From: Histomonas meleagridis 2922-C6/04-290x
Lineage: Eukaryota > Protista > Parabasalia
Assembly (NCBI GenBank): GCA_020184695.1
Contig: JAANOX010000214.1
Coordinates: 1-64,000 of the forward strand
Direction of reading: 5' to 3'
Length of the DNA: 64,000 nucleotides
Position numbers and translations under genes: made by a program. Below, piece by piece: positions 32,032-44,662 of this stretch (position 1 is its first letter; the number at the start of each line of letters is the position of its first letter). The notes beneath the pieces were generated by a model. That model was not told the DNA's origin, did not search any database, and worked only from the letters and a program-made list of their open reading frames with translations.

Positions 32032-32508
32032 TTATTTGTTAAAATCTTTGAACTTTGGTATAGTTGGGTCTAACTCTTCAGCAAGAGCTTCGGCTCTGCT
32101 AATTTGTAATTTAAGTAATTCTGTTGTTTCTTTAACTTCATTATCAACCTTTCGAAATGAAGATAACATTGAAGCTAAACGCCCATCAAGTTCATTCTTT
32201 CTTTTTTCCAAAAGTTGTGCCATTTTAATGTATTCTTCTAATTGCTTTTTAACTGTGCTTGAAAGTAATTCTTCGTTCTTATTAATTGTATTTATGATCC
32301 TTTTATAGTATTCTGATGCCATTTCGTCTGTCAAAGGAAGAAGACCACTTGTTATTTGAATATCTTTCGGATACTCTATTTTTGTATGATTTCTGTGGAT
32401 AAAAGGCTCTTCGGATTCACTTACCTTATTTTCTTGAGGAACATTATGTGTTTCTGGTTGTACTTTTTGCGTTTGGCTCTGTGCGGGAAGAGATTGATCT
32501 TGTCCCAT
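32032..32508 (-). CDS. N-myristoylated coiled-coil protein (BORCS5/myrlysin-like?)
   Basis: MGQDQS myristoylation consensus; C-terminal coiled coil ending LDP. Confidence 0.45.
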   Translation of the reverse strand: MGQDQSLPAQSQTQKVQPETHNVPQENKVSESEEPFIHRNHTKIEYPKDIQITSGLLPLTDEMASEYYKRIINTINKNEELLSSTVKKQLEEYIKMAQLLEKRKNELDGRLASMLSSFRKVDNEVKETTELLKLQISRAEALAEELDPTIPKFKDFNK

Positions 32509-33466
32509 TTGCCACTTTTTTAGATTAGATACTTTACAAGATATTCAATGCAAAACTTTTTCTATGATTTACAAATCAAACGATAAGTGCTGTTTTGTAT
32601 GGTGTTTCAAGATTTATAATTTTTTTAAGAAATTATTTTTTGCTTGAGGAAAACATTTTAAAAACTATTTATGCAACTATAAAACTTTGAACGTAAATAC
32701 AAAATTAAGAAAACTTCACTTCAAGATTACGAAAAATTCCAAGAAAGTTTATCACATATTTCAACAATAATCAAAAATTGACCACCATGTTATAGAAGAT
32801 ATTGTTGTCAATGCCATGTTTTCATTAATGGTTAATGAAGCATTTTTTGATCAATTAAAATGAGAAACTGAAATTTCAAAATATTGAACTTTTTATTCGA
32901 TCTCGAAAGAATAAAAACTAATGAAGAATTATTTTATTTTTATCATTTATTTTTGATGATTGAATTTTTCAATAATGCTATTTTAATGAATTTTCATTTT
33001 TTGCTTGTGCTGCTTGTGTTTGGTCATGACAATTTTATGGTGATTACAAAGATCTTTGTATTTAAATACATTTTTGTTGATATTATCAACTTGTTAACAT
33101 ATTCTAGTCATGAATTGTTTTTGTTTTTGAACAATGTTAAAGATTTTTAGTACTTTACATACATAAAATTTACATAAATTTATAATATTGAACCTAACTC
33201 ACAAAGAGACAATTATCTTAATTCCATCTTTTTCTGTGTAAGGTTTTAATGTTTGTAATATCTAAATTAGTTAAAAGTTATTATAGACATTCAATGCAAG
33301 GGATTATAAGCAAAATATGGTTCATCTTCATCTCCTAAAAAATGGTTTACATCTGATATTAATTTCATGTAAATAAGAAATCAGAAAAAAATTCCCAGTT
33401 AAACCTTATTTAATTTACACAAAGCAATAAAACAAAAGAATTTTGATTATGATACAGATCTATTTT

Positions 33467-34750
33467 TTATACATCAGATTCGACAAATTTAAACAATTCT
33501 CTGTCATTTTTCTCGCTTGTATCCGATAAATGTTTTACTTTTTGGGAAACTTTCTCGTGGTGAATTTCAGGTTCAAAATTTATCGATACACTTTCAATTT
33601 CATCCATGTGTAAAATCCGCGCTTTCAGAGAGTCCACTACAACCTGAGCGGCCTCTAAGCTTGTTCCGTCACGGAAAACTATACTTAATTCCGCAAAATA
33701 GTTTGGTCCAATTTGATATGCAATAACATTTGTAATCGATTTAATCAAAGGATTATGATGAGCAGCAATGTATGTCAAGTTCCTTATTAATTCTGATGGG
33801 GCTCTTTCTCCCATTAACATTCTTGCGTTTTCAGTTGCATTTTTTACCCAAGATTGCAAAACGAAAAGCGAAATAAGAAGACCACCTGCTGAATCCATCC
33901 ACCATTGAAGCTTTGCCCCTCCCCAATACATGAACAACCCAAAGGAATTGGTCAAAACATCGTTTCGATGATCGGAAGCAAGAGCCAGCGTTATGGGGTG
34001 CCCCAAATATGTGTAAAAAATCCACATCAAAAGCTTTACGATGATTGTCATGATCATTACGATGACAGCAACGTTGGTTGTGTCAGGCGCAACTTCATGG
34101 GAAAGTAAAGAGCGAAGACATTGAAGAATTATTAAAATTGCACAACAACTCATTAATACAGAAAACACTAAAATACCTACGGTGGAAACACGTGACTTCC
34201 CGACTGGATACTTGACCTTATCTTCTTCTGTAAGTTGGGAACTAGCGGCAGTTATTGATATAATTATTCCGCCAATAATGTCAAGGCAAGAATCGGCAAG
34301 AGAAGACATAATTGTATAAGAGGCGGACGTTGAAATGGCAAAAGCTTTCGAAAGTAAAAGAAAGCAATTTATTCCGAAAGAACAATATGTTGCAAGACGA
34401 ATAGAAAATCCCGTGTCATTTGTGTTTTCAATATCGCTTGAGTCATCTGAGAGTTCGTCTAATTTTTGAATTGTGTCAAGCCATTCATTCATTGAATGGT
34501 AATAATTTCGAACATGTGCCCTAGTTCTGAAACCCATTTTTGGGCGATTGTTAATTCCTTCAATAACACCAGAAAGCTCTTCTATTGACTCTGAAGGAAT
34601 TATTTTTTTGAATGGGGTGTTTGCTAAATCTGTTTCTAAATCTTTATGTTTTTTTACGTTTTCCATACAACTTTCGCAAATTTGGAATGGCTGGAGATTG
34701 TCGCTTTGCTTCATACAGATATTGCAGGTAGGATCCTTATGATCTTCCAT
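33467..34750 (-). CDS. Cation diffusion facilitator (Mn-CDF/MTP-like)
   Basis: SLADSCLD, KYPVGKSR, DHRND and WWMDSAGG motifs; 6 TM segments; Cys-rich N-terminus. Confidence 0.88.
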   Translation of the reverse strand: MEDHKDPTCNICMKQSDNLQPFQICESCMENVKKHKDLETDLANTPFKKIIPSESIEELSGVIEGINNRPKMGFRTRAHVRNYYHSMNEWLDTIQKLDELSDDSSDIENTNDTGFSIRLATYCSFGINCFLLLSKAFAISTSASYTIMSSLADSCLDIIGGIIISITAASSQLTEEDKVKYPVGKSRVSTVGILVFSVLMSCCAILIILQCLRSLLSHEVAPDTTNVAVIVMIMTIIVKLLMWIFYTYLGHPITLALASDHRNDVLTNSFGLFMYWGGAKLQWWMDSAGGLLISLFVLQSWVKNATENARMLMGERAPSELIRNLTYIAAHHNPLIKSITNVIAYQIGPNYFAELSIVFRDGTSLEAAQVVVDSLKARILHMDEIESVSINFEPEIHHEKVSQKVKHLSDTSEKNDRELFKFVESDV

Positions 34751-35566
34751 GGAAGCAAAGTTTTCCTACGAGGGATAACCATACCGAAAAGTGTCAATGT
34801 AAAGTGTTTAACCGTATTTTAATTGAGCGTGTTTTGATTGAAATTGGCAGAAAAAAAAGTTATCAAATTTGTAACTCTCTTTTGCCTAAGTTGTGCTCTC
34901 TTTTGATGAAAAATTGTTGCATACATTTGTAATCAAATATTTAATGCTCCAATGTTTATACCCATCTCAACTTAGAAAAATGTTGATATTAACAAATATT
35001 CTTCTCTTTTATAAAAAAATAATCCGCATGTATACGAGCATATTCAAATTAATAGTTTTTGTATATGTATAAATAGATTGCTCGATTTGTAAATATGTTT
35101 ATCTTTAAAAAATAATTAAATCTCAACATCCTTTATGATATTTCATGACAAATAATAAAGTAATTCATTGATTACTATAATAAAAACTTGTCACTAAATA
35201 TCCTGAAAAATCTCTCAGCATACAAATCTATAGATCAAAAACATAACATTGTAACCCTTCGCAGAGTCAATTTGACCATTCTCGATAAGATTGTCACTTT
35301 TCATCCGGACCACCCCATTAATCCCTGTCAAATCGGATTCCCCACAAACATTGAGAGCAAAACGTTTATTTTGAGCGTCGGCACAACTGTAAACTGGTTG
35401 TAAAGTCAGCCGCTTTTTGAGTGCATTTCTATTGAAGCCGATCAAAAAGTGCCACAACTGTTTGGGCCCAACGTCTTTGAATTTTCAATGTATTGGAGAG
35501 CGGTTATATGTATGAAAAAGTCGATAAAATATGTCAAATATTTATTTATTTATTTAAAAACAAAAA

Positions 35567-36544
35567 TTAGACAACAAATGGGAACGTAAACGCAGACGAA
35601 GCCAAAATTTTTCTCTTTTTCGACACAACAGGGGAGTATCTATTCATTGAGTCTGGCAAAGAGATACTTGACTTCAGTTGTGATTGATATGGGAATACAA
35701 ATCGAGGCCTTTGGTCAACGACTTTGGTATCTTTGTTTGACTTCCTAAAGACGGGCGACTTCAGGATTTCTTCGTACGAAGCCCTTTCTTTTGGCTCAAT
35801 TTTTAACATTGATCTGATCACATTCGCAAATCCTTTGTCAACGTCGTCAGGAATGACAACGAAATGCGTTGATATGTTCGACAGAAGCTGCGTCGGGTTA
35901 TTGCCATAGAAAGGAAGTCTTCCAGTTGCCATTGCGAAAAATGTAATACCGAGTGACCAAACATCTGCTTTCACGGGGTCATATGACTGCATATGAAGAA
36001 CCTCGGGCGGTAGGTAATGAAGGGATCCGACGAACGAAGTTACTTTTCGATTTGTTAATTTTTGAGCGAATCCAAAGTCGGCCAATTTCAATCTATTGTA
36101 TTTGTCGAGAAGGATGTTACAAGGCTTTATATCTCTGTGTGCTATTCCAATGTTCTTACAGAACTGTAGCGCTTCCAGTATTTGTTTTGCGAATTTTATC
36201 AGATTATATGTTGGAACTGTTCCATGTCTTTTAATATAATCTCCTAAAGATCCATTTGGGCAATATTCCAGAACGATATAATATATATCGTTTTCTCTGA
36301 AGTGGTCGTATATCGATATAATATTTGGATGACGAATTCCGATCAATGCGGAGACCTCTGTTTTTACTGTGTCGTATTTCTCTTTGTTTTTGCAATATAT
36401 TAAGTTGATTGCTTTTGCCACGAAAAATTGGTCGACATAACGATTTGACGAAATTAAATATACTGTCGAAAAGCCACCAGACCCTATTTCTTCCAACAGT
36501 GTGTATTGGTGCTTCGCGAGGTCTGCACGGCATTCCAATTCCAT
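35567..36544 (-). CDS. CAMK-group Ser/Thr kinase
   Basis: GSGGFS, HRDIKPCN, DFG and GSLHYLPPE motifs. Confidence 0.95.
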   Translation of the reverse strand: MELECRADLAKHQYTLLEEIGSGGFSTVYLISSNRYVDQFFVAKAINLIYCKNKEKYDTVKTEVSALIGIRHPNIISIYDHFRENDIYYIVLEYCPNGSLGDYIKRHGTVPTYNLIKFAKQILEALQFCKNIGIAHRDIKPCNILLDKYNRLKLADFGFAQKLTNRKVTSFVGSLHYLPPEVLHMQSYDPVKADVWSLGITFFAMATGRLPFYGNNPTQLLSNISTHFVVIPDDVDKGFANVIRSMLKIEPKERASYEEILKSPVFRKSNKDTKVVDQRPRFVFPYQSQLKSSISLPDSMNRYSPVVSKKRKILASSAFTFPFVV

Positions 36545-36763
36545 CGGAAAAATGACCCGAATTGAGTACCATCCCACAAAACCGGCTTTGAACGTTCAAA
36601 GTTTCATTCAAAATTTTTATGCCAATTGACACTTATTCAATTCTGAATGGGTGTTACGGTTTGCTTTCAATAGAGTCCTTTCAATGTAAATCGCACAAAA
36701 AGTAGCTCCGATAGGTGAACATCTTTTTTGTGATAAAAAATTGAATGTCATAAAATGACTTTA

Positions 36764-39700
36764 TCAAATAGTTGAACACAAATGTGAGACAGATTGAAAT
36801 AAAGTTTCAATGAAGTCGACGGTTTCTTCGGGAGTTTTGGATACTTTTGCGGCTATTGAAATTTGGATATCGTTTGGTAATTTTGTGTAGATGTTAAGTA
36901 AAGAAGTGTTTAATATCCGCGAATTCCTTTCTTTCGTTGGTAAATATTTCGATATTTCTGTTGAAACAACATTCAATAAACGGATTATGTTCCTATCGTA
37001 CTTCATTAATGTGAATATATTTCCATTTCTTGAAGTGATTAATGAAAATCCATTTCGAATATATTGGAATGAAGAAATTGGAGCTTCTAATTTCATTGTC
37101 GACAATACTTTAATTTCAATTAAATCATTTGTTAATTTTAATAAGTAAATAGTGAGTTCATTATTTAAATTAACAGTAAATAAATGATATGAATTATTTT
37201 GTAAGTTATTACCGACGAAACCATTTTGAAGTTTCGCGTTAATTATATATTCATAAACTTTCTCTAACGTTACAATTGTATCGTTTTCAACAAATTTTAA
37301 AATTAGAATTGAACGTAATGCTCCGAAATATATTAAATAATTATTAATTATCGAAATCGATCGTGGAATTACACCCATTGGAACTATTTGGATTTGATCT
37401 AATATTAACATACCGCTTAATGAGAAAATGATTTTATATAAAATTATTTTACATGTACTTCCAACAATTAATAAATTTTTATATGAATTAATTGTAAAAA
37501 CACTTCCATCGACTTCAATCGTTTTAATTACTTTAAATGTTTGAAATATTTCTTTGATAACACATAATTTACCATTAGTTTTAGTAGCAGTACCATAAAA
37601 TGTAATATTTAGTTCTGGATGATAATAAAAACAAGTTAACTCTTCATTATCATTTAATTCTTCAAAAAAAACTTGTGAATATGAAGGTAATAATAATCCT
37701 AAAATCAAAAACTTCGATTTATAATTAATAAATGATATAAATAACGTTAATGGGTTCTTATGTACTTCAATTAATATTGGCTGTGAAATACATTTTTGTT
37801 TATCAAATATACATAATGATTTGTTTTGTAATTCGCCGATAATTAAATTCATATTATTTATTAATATGATGTAATTCTGAAGTTTACAGGAATGTGAATG
37901 TTCATTACATATTAATGTCAAACTACTTCCATTACCATATAATAATGTTGGATTAGTTCCATTAATAAATAATGTGTTGTTTTGATATAGAAATACATTT
38001 TTGATTAAATATCCAATTTTGATTTCTGTGAGTTTTAGAAGTTGTGGTAAAGAATATCGTTGAATAATTCCATTTTCATAACATATTACTATACGTAAAT
38101 GATTTTGATAATTAGTAAATGTTAATGATTTACATATAGAATCATTACTTAGAACAATTTCTTTTAATAAATTTTTGTTTTCATATAGTCGTAAAATACC
38201 TGAAAAGAAATATATAATTATATATTCATTATATAATTCTGCTATTAATGGCTCATCATTTATATCATCGAATATTATATTATAAAGAAGATCGAAATTA
38301 AATGAATAAATTTCGATCATATTCGGAAATAATAATAATATATTTGATTTATAACTTGTCGAATATATTATATCATTTTCAAATACAATAAATTTATTTC
38401 GTTTACATCCAATCGAATGAATTGAATTAGAACATATTTGATAAAATGAATTTTGATCATTAAATATTATATTAAAAGTCTTTTGTTCATATTGGAAACC
38501 ATTTAATTCATTTTCTTCTTGTGATGTATTAATATTAATAACTATACTTTTGCCATTTTTTAATGTTAATATTATATATTTATCACATGCATTAAATACA
38601 TTTTCAGCTTGTAGAGGAATTTCAATTTGACTGATAAATATCGAACCAGTTTTCATCGATGTAATTGTTGAACATTTATCAACGCCTTGTGTTAAATATA
38701 TATTTCCCATTTCTTCACAAAATGAAGTAAATGAATTAATTGGCGTAAATTGATTTATTGTATTTAAAATATGAATTTTATTGTTTATAAATTGTACAAA
38801 ATATGAATTTGTCATTTTAGATCCAATGAAATATATATTTCCATCAATTTCATTAATCGTTGATGGCATTGAATTTTTTAATGTTCCAATTTCAGTAAAT
38901 ATAATTTTGTCTTCAATAGTTATATAAAAGATTTCACCTAATGTACATATAATTAAATATGTCCAACCATTAATATGAGAATATGATATCGGAGATGAAT
39001 ATGTATCAAATGGTATGTTATGATTAATAATTCGATTTTTATATACTGAGGTAATTAAATTGGATCCAACAATTAAATAAATGGGTTTCTTGGTGTCGCC
39101 TAATGGTAATGGTATGATAAATGTCGATGTGTTATCAGGTGTTTGATTGACACATAATGAATAAATACGTTCAAGTGTTAATACTTTGCGATCAAATGTA
39201 TACGAAATTGAACAACATGAGCCTGCATTGGTACTATATAATATAACTAAACGAACATTTTGTTGATGATTTAGAAATTTCATATCAAGAATTTTCATAT
39301 CTTCACAACGTATGTCATATGATACTTTAGGATTGTCTAATGGACTCCAAAAACTTAGAAACCCTGGCTTGTTTTGTATAAATAATATTGGAAATAATTG
39401 ATTGACATCTGCAATTAAATCATCAGAATAATATCCGGTTTCGGGATAAAATGCATGTTGAATTCGCTTTGGATCTGAGAAACATATATATGAATAATCA
39501 TAAAAAATAACTATAATCGTGTCTGATCCTGAAGGTTTACCAAATGATTTTGCTGAAAATTTTCTTAATCCGATAATTGTTTTTTGAAATGGCATATTAA
39601 ACATTGGATTTAACCCGTTTTGATTAATTTCAAAAAATACAAGTGATTGTCTTTTGGCTAAAATAAATGTTGCTATACAATTTGGTGCTAATTTACACCT

Positions 39701-39769
39701 TAAAGAATTGGATAAAGGAGATCCTTCGTTTAGTTGCTGCAGTGCATAACCAACGTTGGAAGATTCCAT
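36764..39769 (-). CDS. DDB1/RSE1/CPSF160-family multi-beta-propeller protein
   Basis: About 1000 aa, beta-rich; FIGSKMTNSYFV..NQFTPINSF and a helical C-terminus; ATG follows a TCATT initiator. Confidence 0.65.
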   Translation of the reverse strand: MESSNVGYALQQLNEGSPLSNSLRCKLAPNCIATFILAKRQSLVFFEINQNGLNPMFNMPFQKTIIGLRKFSAKSFGKPSGSDTIIVIFYDYSYICFSDPKRIQHAFYPETGYYSDDLIADVNQLFPILFIQNKPGFLSFWSPLDNPKVSYDIRCEDMKILDMKFLNHQQNVRLVILYSTNAGSCCSISYTFDRKVLTLERIYSLCVNQTPDNTSTFIIPLPLGDTKKPIYLIVGSNLITSVYKNRIINHNIPFDTYSSPISYSHINGWTYLIICTLGEIFYITIEDKIIFTEIGTLKNSMPSTINEIDGNIYFIGSKMTNSYFVQFINNKIHILNTINQFTPINSFTSFCEEMGNIYLTQGVDKCSTITSMKTGSIFISQIEIPLQAENVFNACDKYIILTLKNGKSIVININTSQEENELNGFQYEQKTFNIIFNDQNSFYQICSNSIHSIGCKRNKFIVFENDIIYSTSYKSNILLLFPNMIEIYSFNFDLLYNIIFDDINDEPLIAELYNEYIIIYFFSGILRLYENKNLLKEIVLSNDSICKSLTFTNYQNHLRIVICYENGIIQRYSLPQLLKLTEIKIGYLIKNVFLYQNNTLFINGTNPTLLYGNGSSLTLICNEHSHSCKLQNYIILINNMNLIIGELQNKSLCIFDKQKCISQPILIEVHKNPLTLFISFINYKSKFLILGLLLPSYSQVFFEELNDNEELTCFYYHPELNITFYGTATKTNGKLCVIKEIFQTFKVIKTIEVDGSVFTINSYKNLLIVGSTCKIILYKIIFSLSGMLILDQIQIVPMGVIPRSISIINNYLIYFGALRSILILKFVENDTIVTLEKVYEYIINAKLQNGFVGNNLQNNSYHLFTVNLNNELTIYLLKLTNDLIEIKVLSTMKLEAPISSFQYIRNGFSLITSRNGNIFTLMKYDRNIIRLLNVVSTEISKYLPTKERNSRILNTSLLNIYTKLPNDIQISIAAKVSKTPEETVDFIETLFQSVSHLCSTI

Positions 39770-40399
39770 TAATGATTTGATGTTGTTTTGATGCTGATTT
39801 TTGGGGTGGCCCACATCGATTCACATGGCACTTTTGTTATTTCATCAATACAAGTTGGTAGTTTTGCTTTGTCTGTTTGTAAATTCGAATTAATAAATCA
39901 GATTGATAGTATTCCTTCATAATTTATTTAAATAATGAAAATTTGTTGAATTGTGCAATTGCTTATTATGAAATTCAAATATACCTATTCGAAAAACGCT
40001 AAAAATGATATTGTTACTCTCCTTGTGTATAAAGAAAATAAGTTTTCAAATAGATTTTATAAATAAAAACAGAGTAGTAAATTAATTTCGCTTCTTCTCT
40101 AAAAGCAAACTAATAAAATCATTTTAACTTATGTGGCATATTTGAGGATATGTAGAGATTATTATTAGCTTTGATTTTAAGAATTTCCTCAAATACTATT
40201 TTTTTTTTCTTGTGTATGAGAATAAAAGTAAAATTCTAACAATAAAAATATTCATTTTCAATGATGAGTACAACTTTATAAAGATAAGTTCCTTCATTAC
40301 ATGCTTTTATCACTATATAGTGAGACTTATAATATCCAAAAAATAAAAAGAATTTTTTTCGTTTGCATCACTCTATAAAGAATTATGTGTAATAAATAT

Positions 40400-43192
40400 T
40401 TATTCAAAAGCGTCTGATGAAGAAAGGAGTGGCACATTATCATCCCCAGACTGTGATTTTGGTTTGTGTACGAATGTATTACTCCTCGAAATTGGTGGTG
40501 TGAATCTGCAAATCACACCCAACGGCAGAGATATCGAAGCGATTAATATTGCTGATATCCATTCTCTCATACATAACTTAGTACAATTACAAAACTTTCC
40601 CAAGACTTGCACCAACAGAAACTGCACTACGCATATTAATGACATTATAAAGAAGAACAAAGGCGTATCGCATAAACCTGTTATCACTGAATCTGTTACT
40701 TCAGTTGCTCTTGCGTTAATTAGATTAAAAACTTGGCAAAGCACAAACACTGTAAACAAATACGTAAAATGATATTCGCCATAAGAAACGGCATCTTTTC
40801 TCGGAAATATTATAATCAAAATGATTACAATAATTTGGAAAGTTGCTTGAAATATAATGTTCTTTAACATAAACGAAGTAATTAAAGGGAAATTCTTTTG
40901 GTTTTCTCTTTTCTTTAACATGTATTTATGAGGTTTGCCAGTAGCTAAAGCTAAAGCACCGAATGAATCCATAATTAAATTAACCCATAAAAGTTGTACT
41001 GCACTAAAAGGTGTTTCATTTAAGAAACATGCGGATAAAAACGAAATGAATAATGTAGAAACATTTGTAGTTAATTGGAATTGTAAAAATCGTTGAATAT
41101 TATGAAATATACAACGACCCCAAGCAATAGACTTAACAATAGACTTAAAATCATTATCTAAAATCACTATATCAGAAGCTTCTTTCGCGAGCTCGGTGCC
41201 ACAACCCATAGCTAATCCGACATTCGCTGCCATTAATGCCGCTACGTCATTAGTACCATCACCTGTGACACCGACAATTTCCCCATTTTCTTGTAATGAT
41301 TTCACAAGCAAATGTTTATCCATTGGCGTAGAACGTGCTACAATAGCAAGTTTCGGTAATATATTCAATAATTCATCATGATTCATATGTCTTAATTCTT
41401 CGCCTGTAATTGCAACTTTCCCTTCTGTTAAGATATGACATTCTTTAGCTATAGCTTTAGCTGTTATCATATAATCGCCAGTAATCATTATAACTCTTAC
41501 GCCTGTCTTTTGACATTGCTTTACTGAATCAATTGTGTTCTTTCGTAATGAATCACGTATACATAAAACAGTAATTAATATTAAGTCCGATTCAGATATT
41601 TCATTTGTTTCCGGTATGAAATTAATATATTTATATGCAATTCCAATAGTTCGATATGATTGTTCACATTGTGCATCAATAAGTTCATTTATATCCGTGT
41701 TAAATTCATCTGTGATTTGTTCAATATGTCCATCTTCACAAATATAATGTGTACAACGTTTTAATATTTCTTCAGGTGCACCTTTAACATATACTATATA
41801 TTTATCATTTTGTTGTTGTTCAATTGTTGACATTATTTTTCTTTGGCGATCAAATTGAAAACATTTGACGATTTTCGATTCGTTTCGGATTTTTTCATAA
41901 TTAACATCATATGAATTAACTAAGCGGAGAAGTGCGCATTCTGTTTGTGATCCAATTTCATCTTTCTTATTAATTATTGCATTAGTATTAATTGAGATTG
42001 AATTGATAAGTAATGATTTAAGATCTGATGAAATTTCTGATAATTCTTTAAGATCAAGAACTTTGTTATTTATAATTGCTTCTTCGACATTCATTTGGTT
42101 CTTTGTTAATGTTCCTGTTTTATCTGTACATATTACTGTGGCTGATCCCATTGTTTCACATGATGAAAGATGTCGCACAAAATTATTATCACTCATCATC
42201 TTACGAATTGAATACGCTAGTGATATTGTTACTGCTAATGGTAATCCTTCGGGTACAGCACATGCTACAATTGTAAGAGAGACGATGAAGAAATTCAATA
42301 CTTCTCTAAGGGCACCCCAATGCCAACCGTTTTTGAAATTTTTGATGATCCAAAAAATTACGAGAACAATGAAAGTAAGTGATGCTGCAAAGAATCCCAT
42401 AGCACCTATTTGTGTTGCTAATGCTTCTAGCTTCTCTTGAAGTGGTGTGGTTTCTGGATCTTCATTGATAAGTTCAAATATTCTTCCATGATAACTTCTG
42501 AGGCCAACACAGAGAGCCATCATAGTACCACGTCCATCTGTTACTATCGTGTCTGATATCAAAAATGGATCATTCTCATCTTTTGGAGCTGATTCAGATT
42601 CTCCATTTGCTGATGATTGATCAACAAGAAGTTGATCTCCTTCAATTAAAACACCATCTGCTGGTATTTTGTCTCCAGGTTCTAGGCGGATAATATCACC
42701 AACAACAACATCAATGCTTTTGATTTTTGAAACACTTCCTTTTCGAACAACGGCTACATCAAAGATTGATTTAATTCTGTTTAAAGCAACAAATTGTAAT
42801 TCTTGTTTGCGGTTAGAATATGCTTGAACAAATGAAACAATAATAACTGCTGCTAAAATTGCAGTTCCATCAATCCAAGAAGTTGATCTTTCATCTGGTG
42901 GTGCAAATATCAACTCGAGAACCAAGCTGACAATGGCACAAATAATTAAAATGACAATTGTATCATCACTCATAGCTTCTTTGACTAATGTAAAAAATGA
43001 CTTTGCTTCTCTCTCTGGAAGGTCGTTGTTTCCGTATAGTAATATTCTTTGTGAAATTGTTTCTGGATCAATTCCATGTTGAAGATCAGTTTGAAGTTCT
43101 TTGCTCAAACCTTCAACACCACCATAGCTTTGAACTCCACGAATATTATTTGAATCAAAGATGTTCTGGAGTTCTTCTGGTGAAATGTTCAT
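40400..43192 (-). CDS. P-type IIB Ca2+-ATPase (PMCA-like)
   Basis: VPEGLPL, ICTDKTGTLT, MITGD, GDGTND and QLLWVNLIMD motifs. Confidence 0.97.
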   Translation of the reverse strand: MNISPEELQNIFDSNNIRGVQSYGGVEGLSKELQTDLQHGIDPETISQRILLYGNNDLPEREAKSFFTLVKEAMSDDTIVILIICAIVSLVLELIFAPPDERSTSWIDGTAILAAVIIVSFVQAYSNRKQELQFVALNRIKSIFDVAVVRKGSVSKIKSIDVVVGDIIRLEPGDKIPADGVLIEGDQLLVDQSSANGESESAPKDENDPFLISDTIVTDGRGTMMALCVGLRSYHGRIFELINEDPETTPLQEKLEALATQIGAMGFFAASLTFIVLVIFWIIKNFKNGWHWGALREVLNFFIVSLTIVACAVPEGLPLAVTISLAYSIRKMMSDNNFVRHLSSCETMGSATVICTDKTGTLTKNQMNVEEAIINNKVLDLKELSEISSDLKSLLINSISINTNAIINKKDEIGSQTECALLRLVNSYDVNYEKIRNESKIVKCFQFDRQRKIMSTIEQQQNDKYIVYVKGAPEEILKRCTHYICEDGHIEQITDEFNTDINELIDAQCEQSYRTIGIAYKYINFIPETNEISESDLILITVLCIRDSLRKNTIDSVKQCQKTGVRVIMITGDYMITAKAIAKECHILTEGKVAITGEELRHMNHDELLNILPKLAIVARSTPMDKHLLVKSLQENGEIVGVTGDGTNDVAALMAANVGLAMGCGTELAKEASDIVILDNDFKSIVKSIAWGRCIFHNIQRFLQFQLTTNVSTLFISFLSACFLNETPFSAVQLLWVNLIMDSFGALALATGKPHKYMLKKRENQKNFPLITSFMLKNIIFQATFQIIVIILIIIFPRKDAVSYGEYHFTYLFTVFVLCQVFNLINARATEVTDSVITGLCDTPLFFFIMSLICVVQFLLVQVLGKFCNCTKLCMREWISAILIASISLPLGVICRFTPPISRSNTFVHKPKSQSGDDNVPLLSSSDAFE

Positions 43193-43860
43193 GAACACCG
43201 GTTGGATTTGAAGACGTTAATTTCAAATTCAATGGCATACAAACTGAAGTAAAAAATCACAAAATTTTTTGTTCTTGAAAGAACATTATAAGCAATCTTT
43301 TAGAAAAAAAATTTGTCATACATAATGAAGAAAAAAATTTTTTGAAATAAAAATTGTTTTTTTAACTAATATTTCGAAGAAGAATAATAAAAACTCATTT
43401 ATAAAAATGCCATGCATCTTAAAGAGCTAAGAAATATTCTGAAATTTAAAAATAGATGTCATAAAAATTTTAATTAGAATATTTGATTATTTGAGGGAGA
43501 AAAAAAATGGAAGCAAGCAAATGTTAAGCAACTTCCGTACGTCGTTGTTTTGATGAAGGTATTGTGAATTAATGAAAATTTTCTTTTAATGATTTAATTA
43601 CAAAGATGAATTCAAAAATTAATACTCTAGCTCTTGGATACTCATAAGATTTTCATATCTTTTTAGAAGATATTTAAAAATTTTCATAAAAAGAGATAAG
43701 AAGATGAATTGCTTTTGATTAGTCATAAAAAGAAAAAAATTGAATTCAACGAAATTTAAGGTGGCATTTTATTTTGTCTCAAAAATTGGTCACAATTGGT
43801 TGAAATTTCAGAAGGAAAAATTTACAAAATTTAGTTATTTGGTCAGATGGTGAAACCAAA

Positions 43861-44346
43861 ATGATATTTACAATCTTATTCCCTATAATTTGCATATTAT
43901 GCCTTGCAATGATTTTTTTGTTTATTCTTCCTTTCCCATTTTCATATAGGGTGAAAGTTATCAGAAATGCTTCACGCTTCTTTAAGACATTCCTCATAAT
44001 ATTTGTAATTCTACTTGTATTTTTCATACAAGAATACTTCAATCAACGAAAGCTTGGAAAGCAATTAGAAGGAGAGAATATTGGCGCTAACTCAAATTTT
44101 ATTGCCTCAAATTATTTTCGTCACCAAAGAAATATGTATTTAATTTCAATTGTTATTGTAATGTGCATTGTTGTTTTAACATTGACGCGTGTTTCTTCGG
44201 TTTTAGCTGAGCAACATAATATTTTATTGGAACAACAAAGAATACTTGAAAAAGAAAAAAAGAAAGAAAATAACGATAAGCAATCTGAAGAAACATTAGA
44301 AAAAGAGCAGAAAGTTCAAGAAAATCATAAACCAAAAACAGAATAA
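43861..44346 (+). CDS. BAP29/BAP31-like ER membrane protein
   Basis: Three TM segments, FRHQRNMYL motif, coiled coil and C-terminal KPKTE (KKxx-like). Confidence 0.75.
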   Translation: MIFTILFPIICILCLAMIFLFILPFPFSYRVKVIRNASRFFKTFLIIFVILLVFFIQEYFNQRKLGKQLEGENIGANSNFIASNYFRHQRNMYLISIVIVMCIVVLTLTRVSSVLAEQHNILLEQQRILEKEKKKENNDKQSEETLEKEQKVQENHKPKTE

Positions 44347-44662
44347 AAATATGTTAATGCAAATGAAGTAAACTGTGATTAATTACATTTTTGAATTATT
44401 ATGAAATAGTTAAAATAATTATAAACTAAAAATGCAAAAATTTAATTTTGTGATGAATTATGTTTTTTTTTTTTCAAGAATCCAATTATTCAATAAAATT
44501 TCTCATATTTGCGAAAAGAAAAAGTAAAGGCAATGAAATTTTAACACAATGCGATTTTCATACAATTTTGATAATTTTTTTGAAGTAAATGAAGAAATGC
44601 AAAAATGATTATAATGGAAATTTTATTGAATTTAATGCATCCTTTTTATTAGATAATATAGT

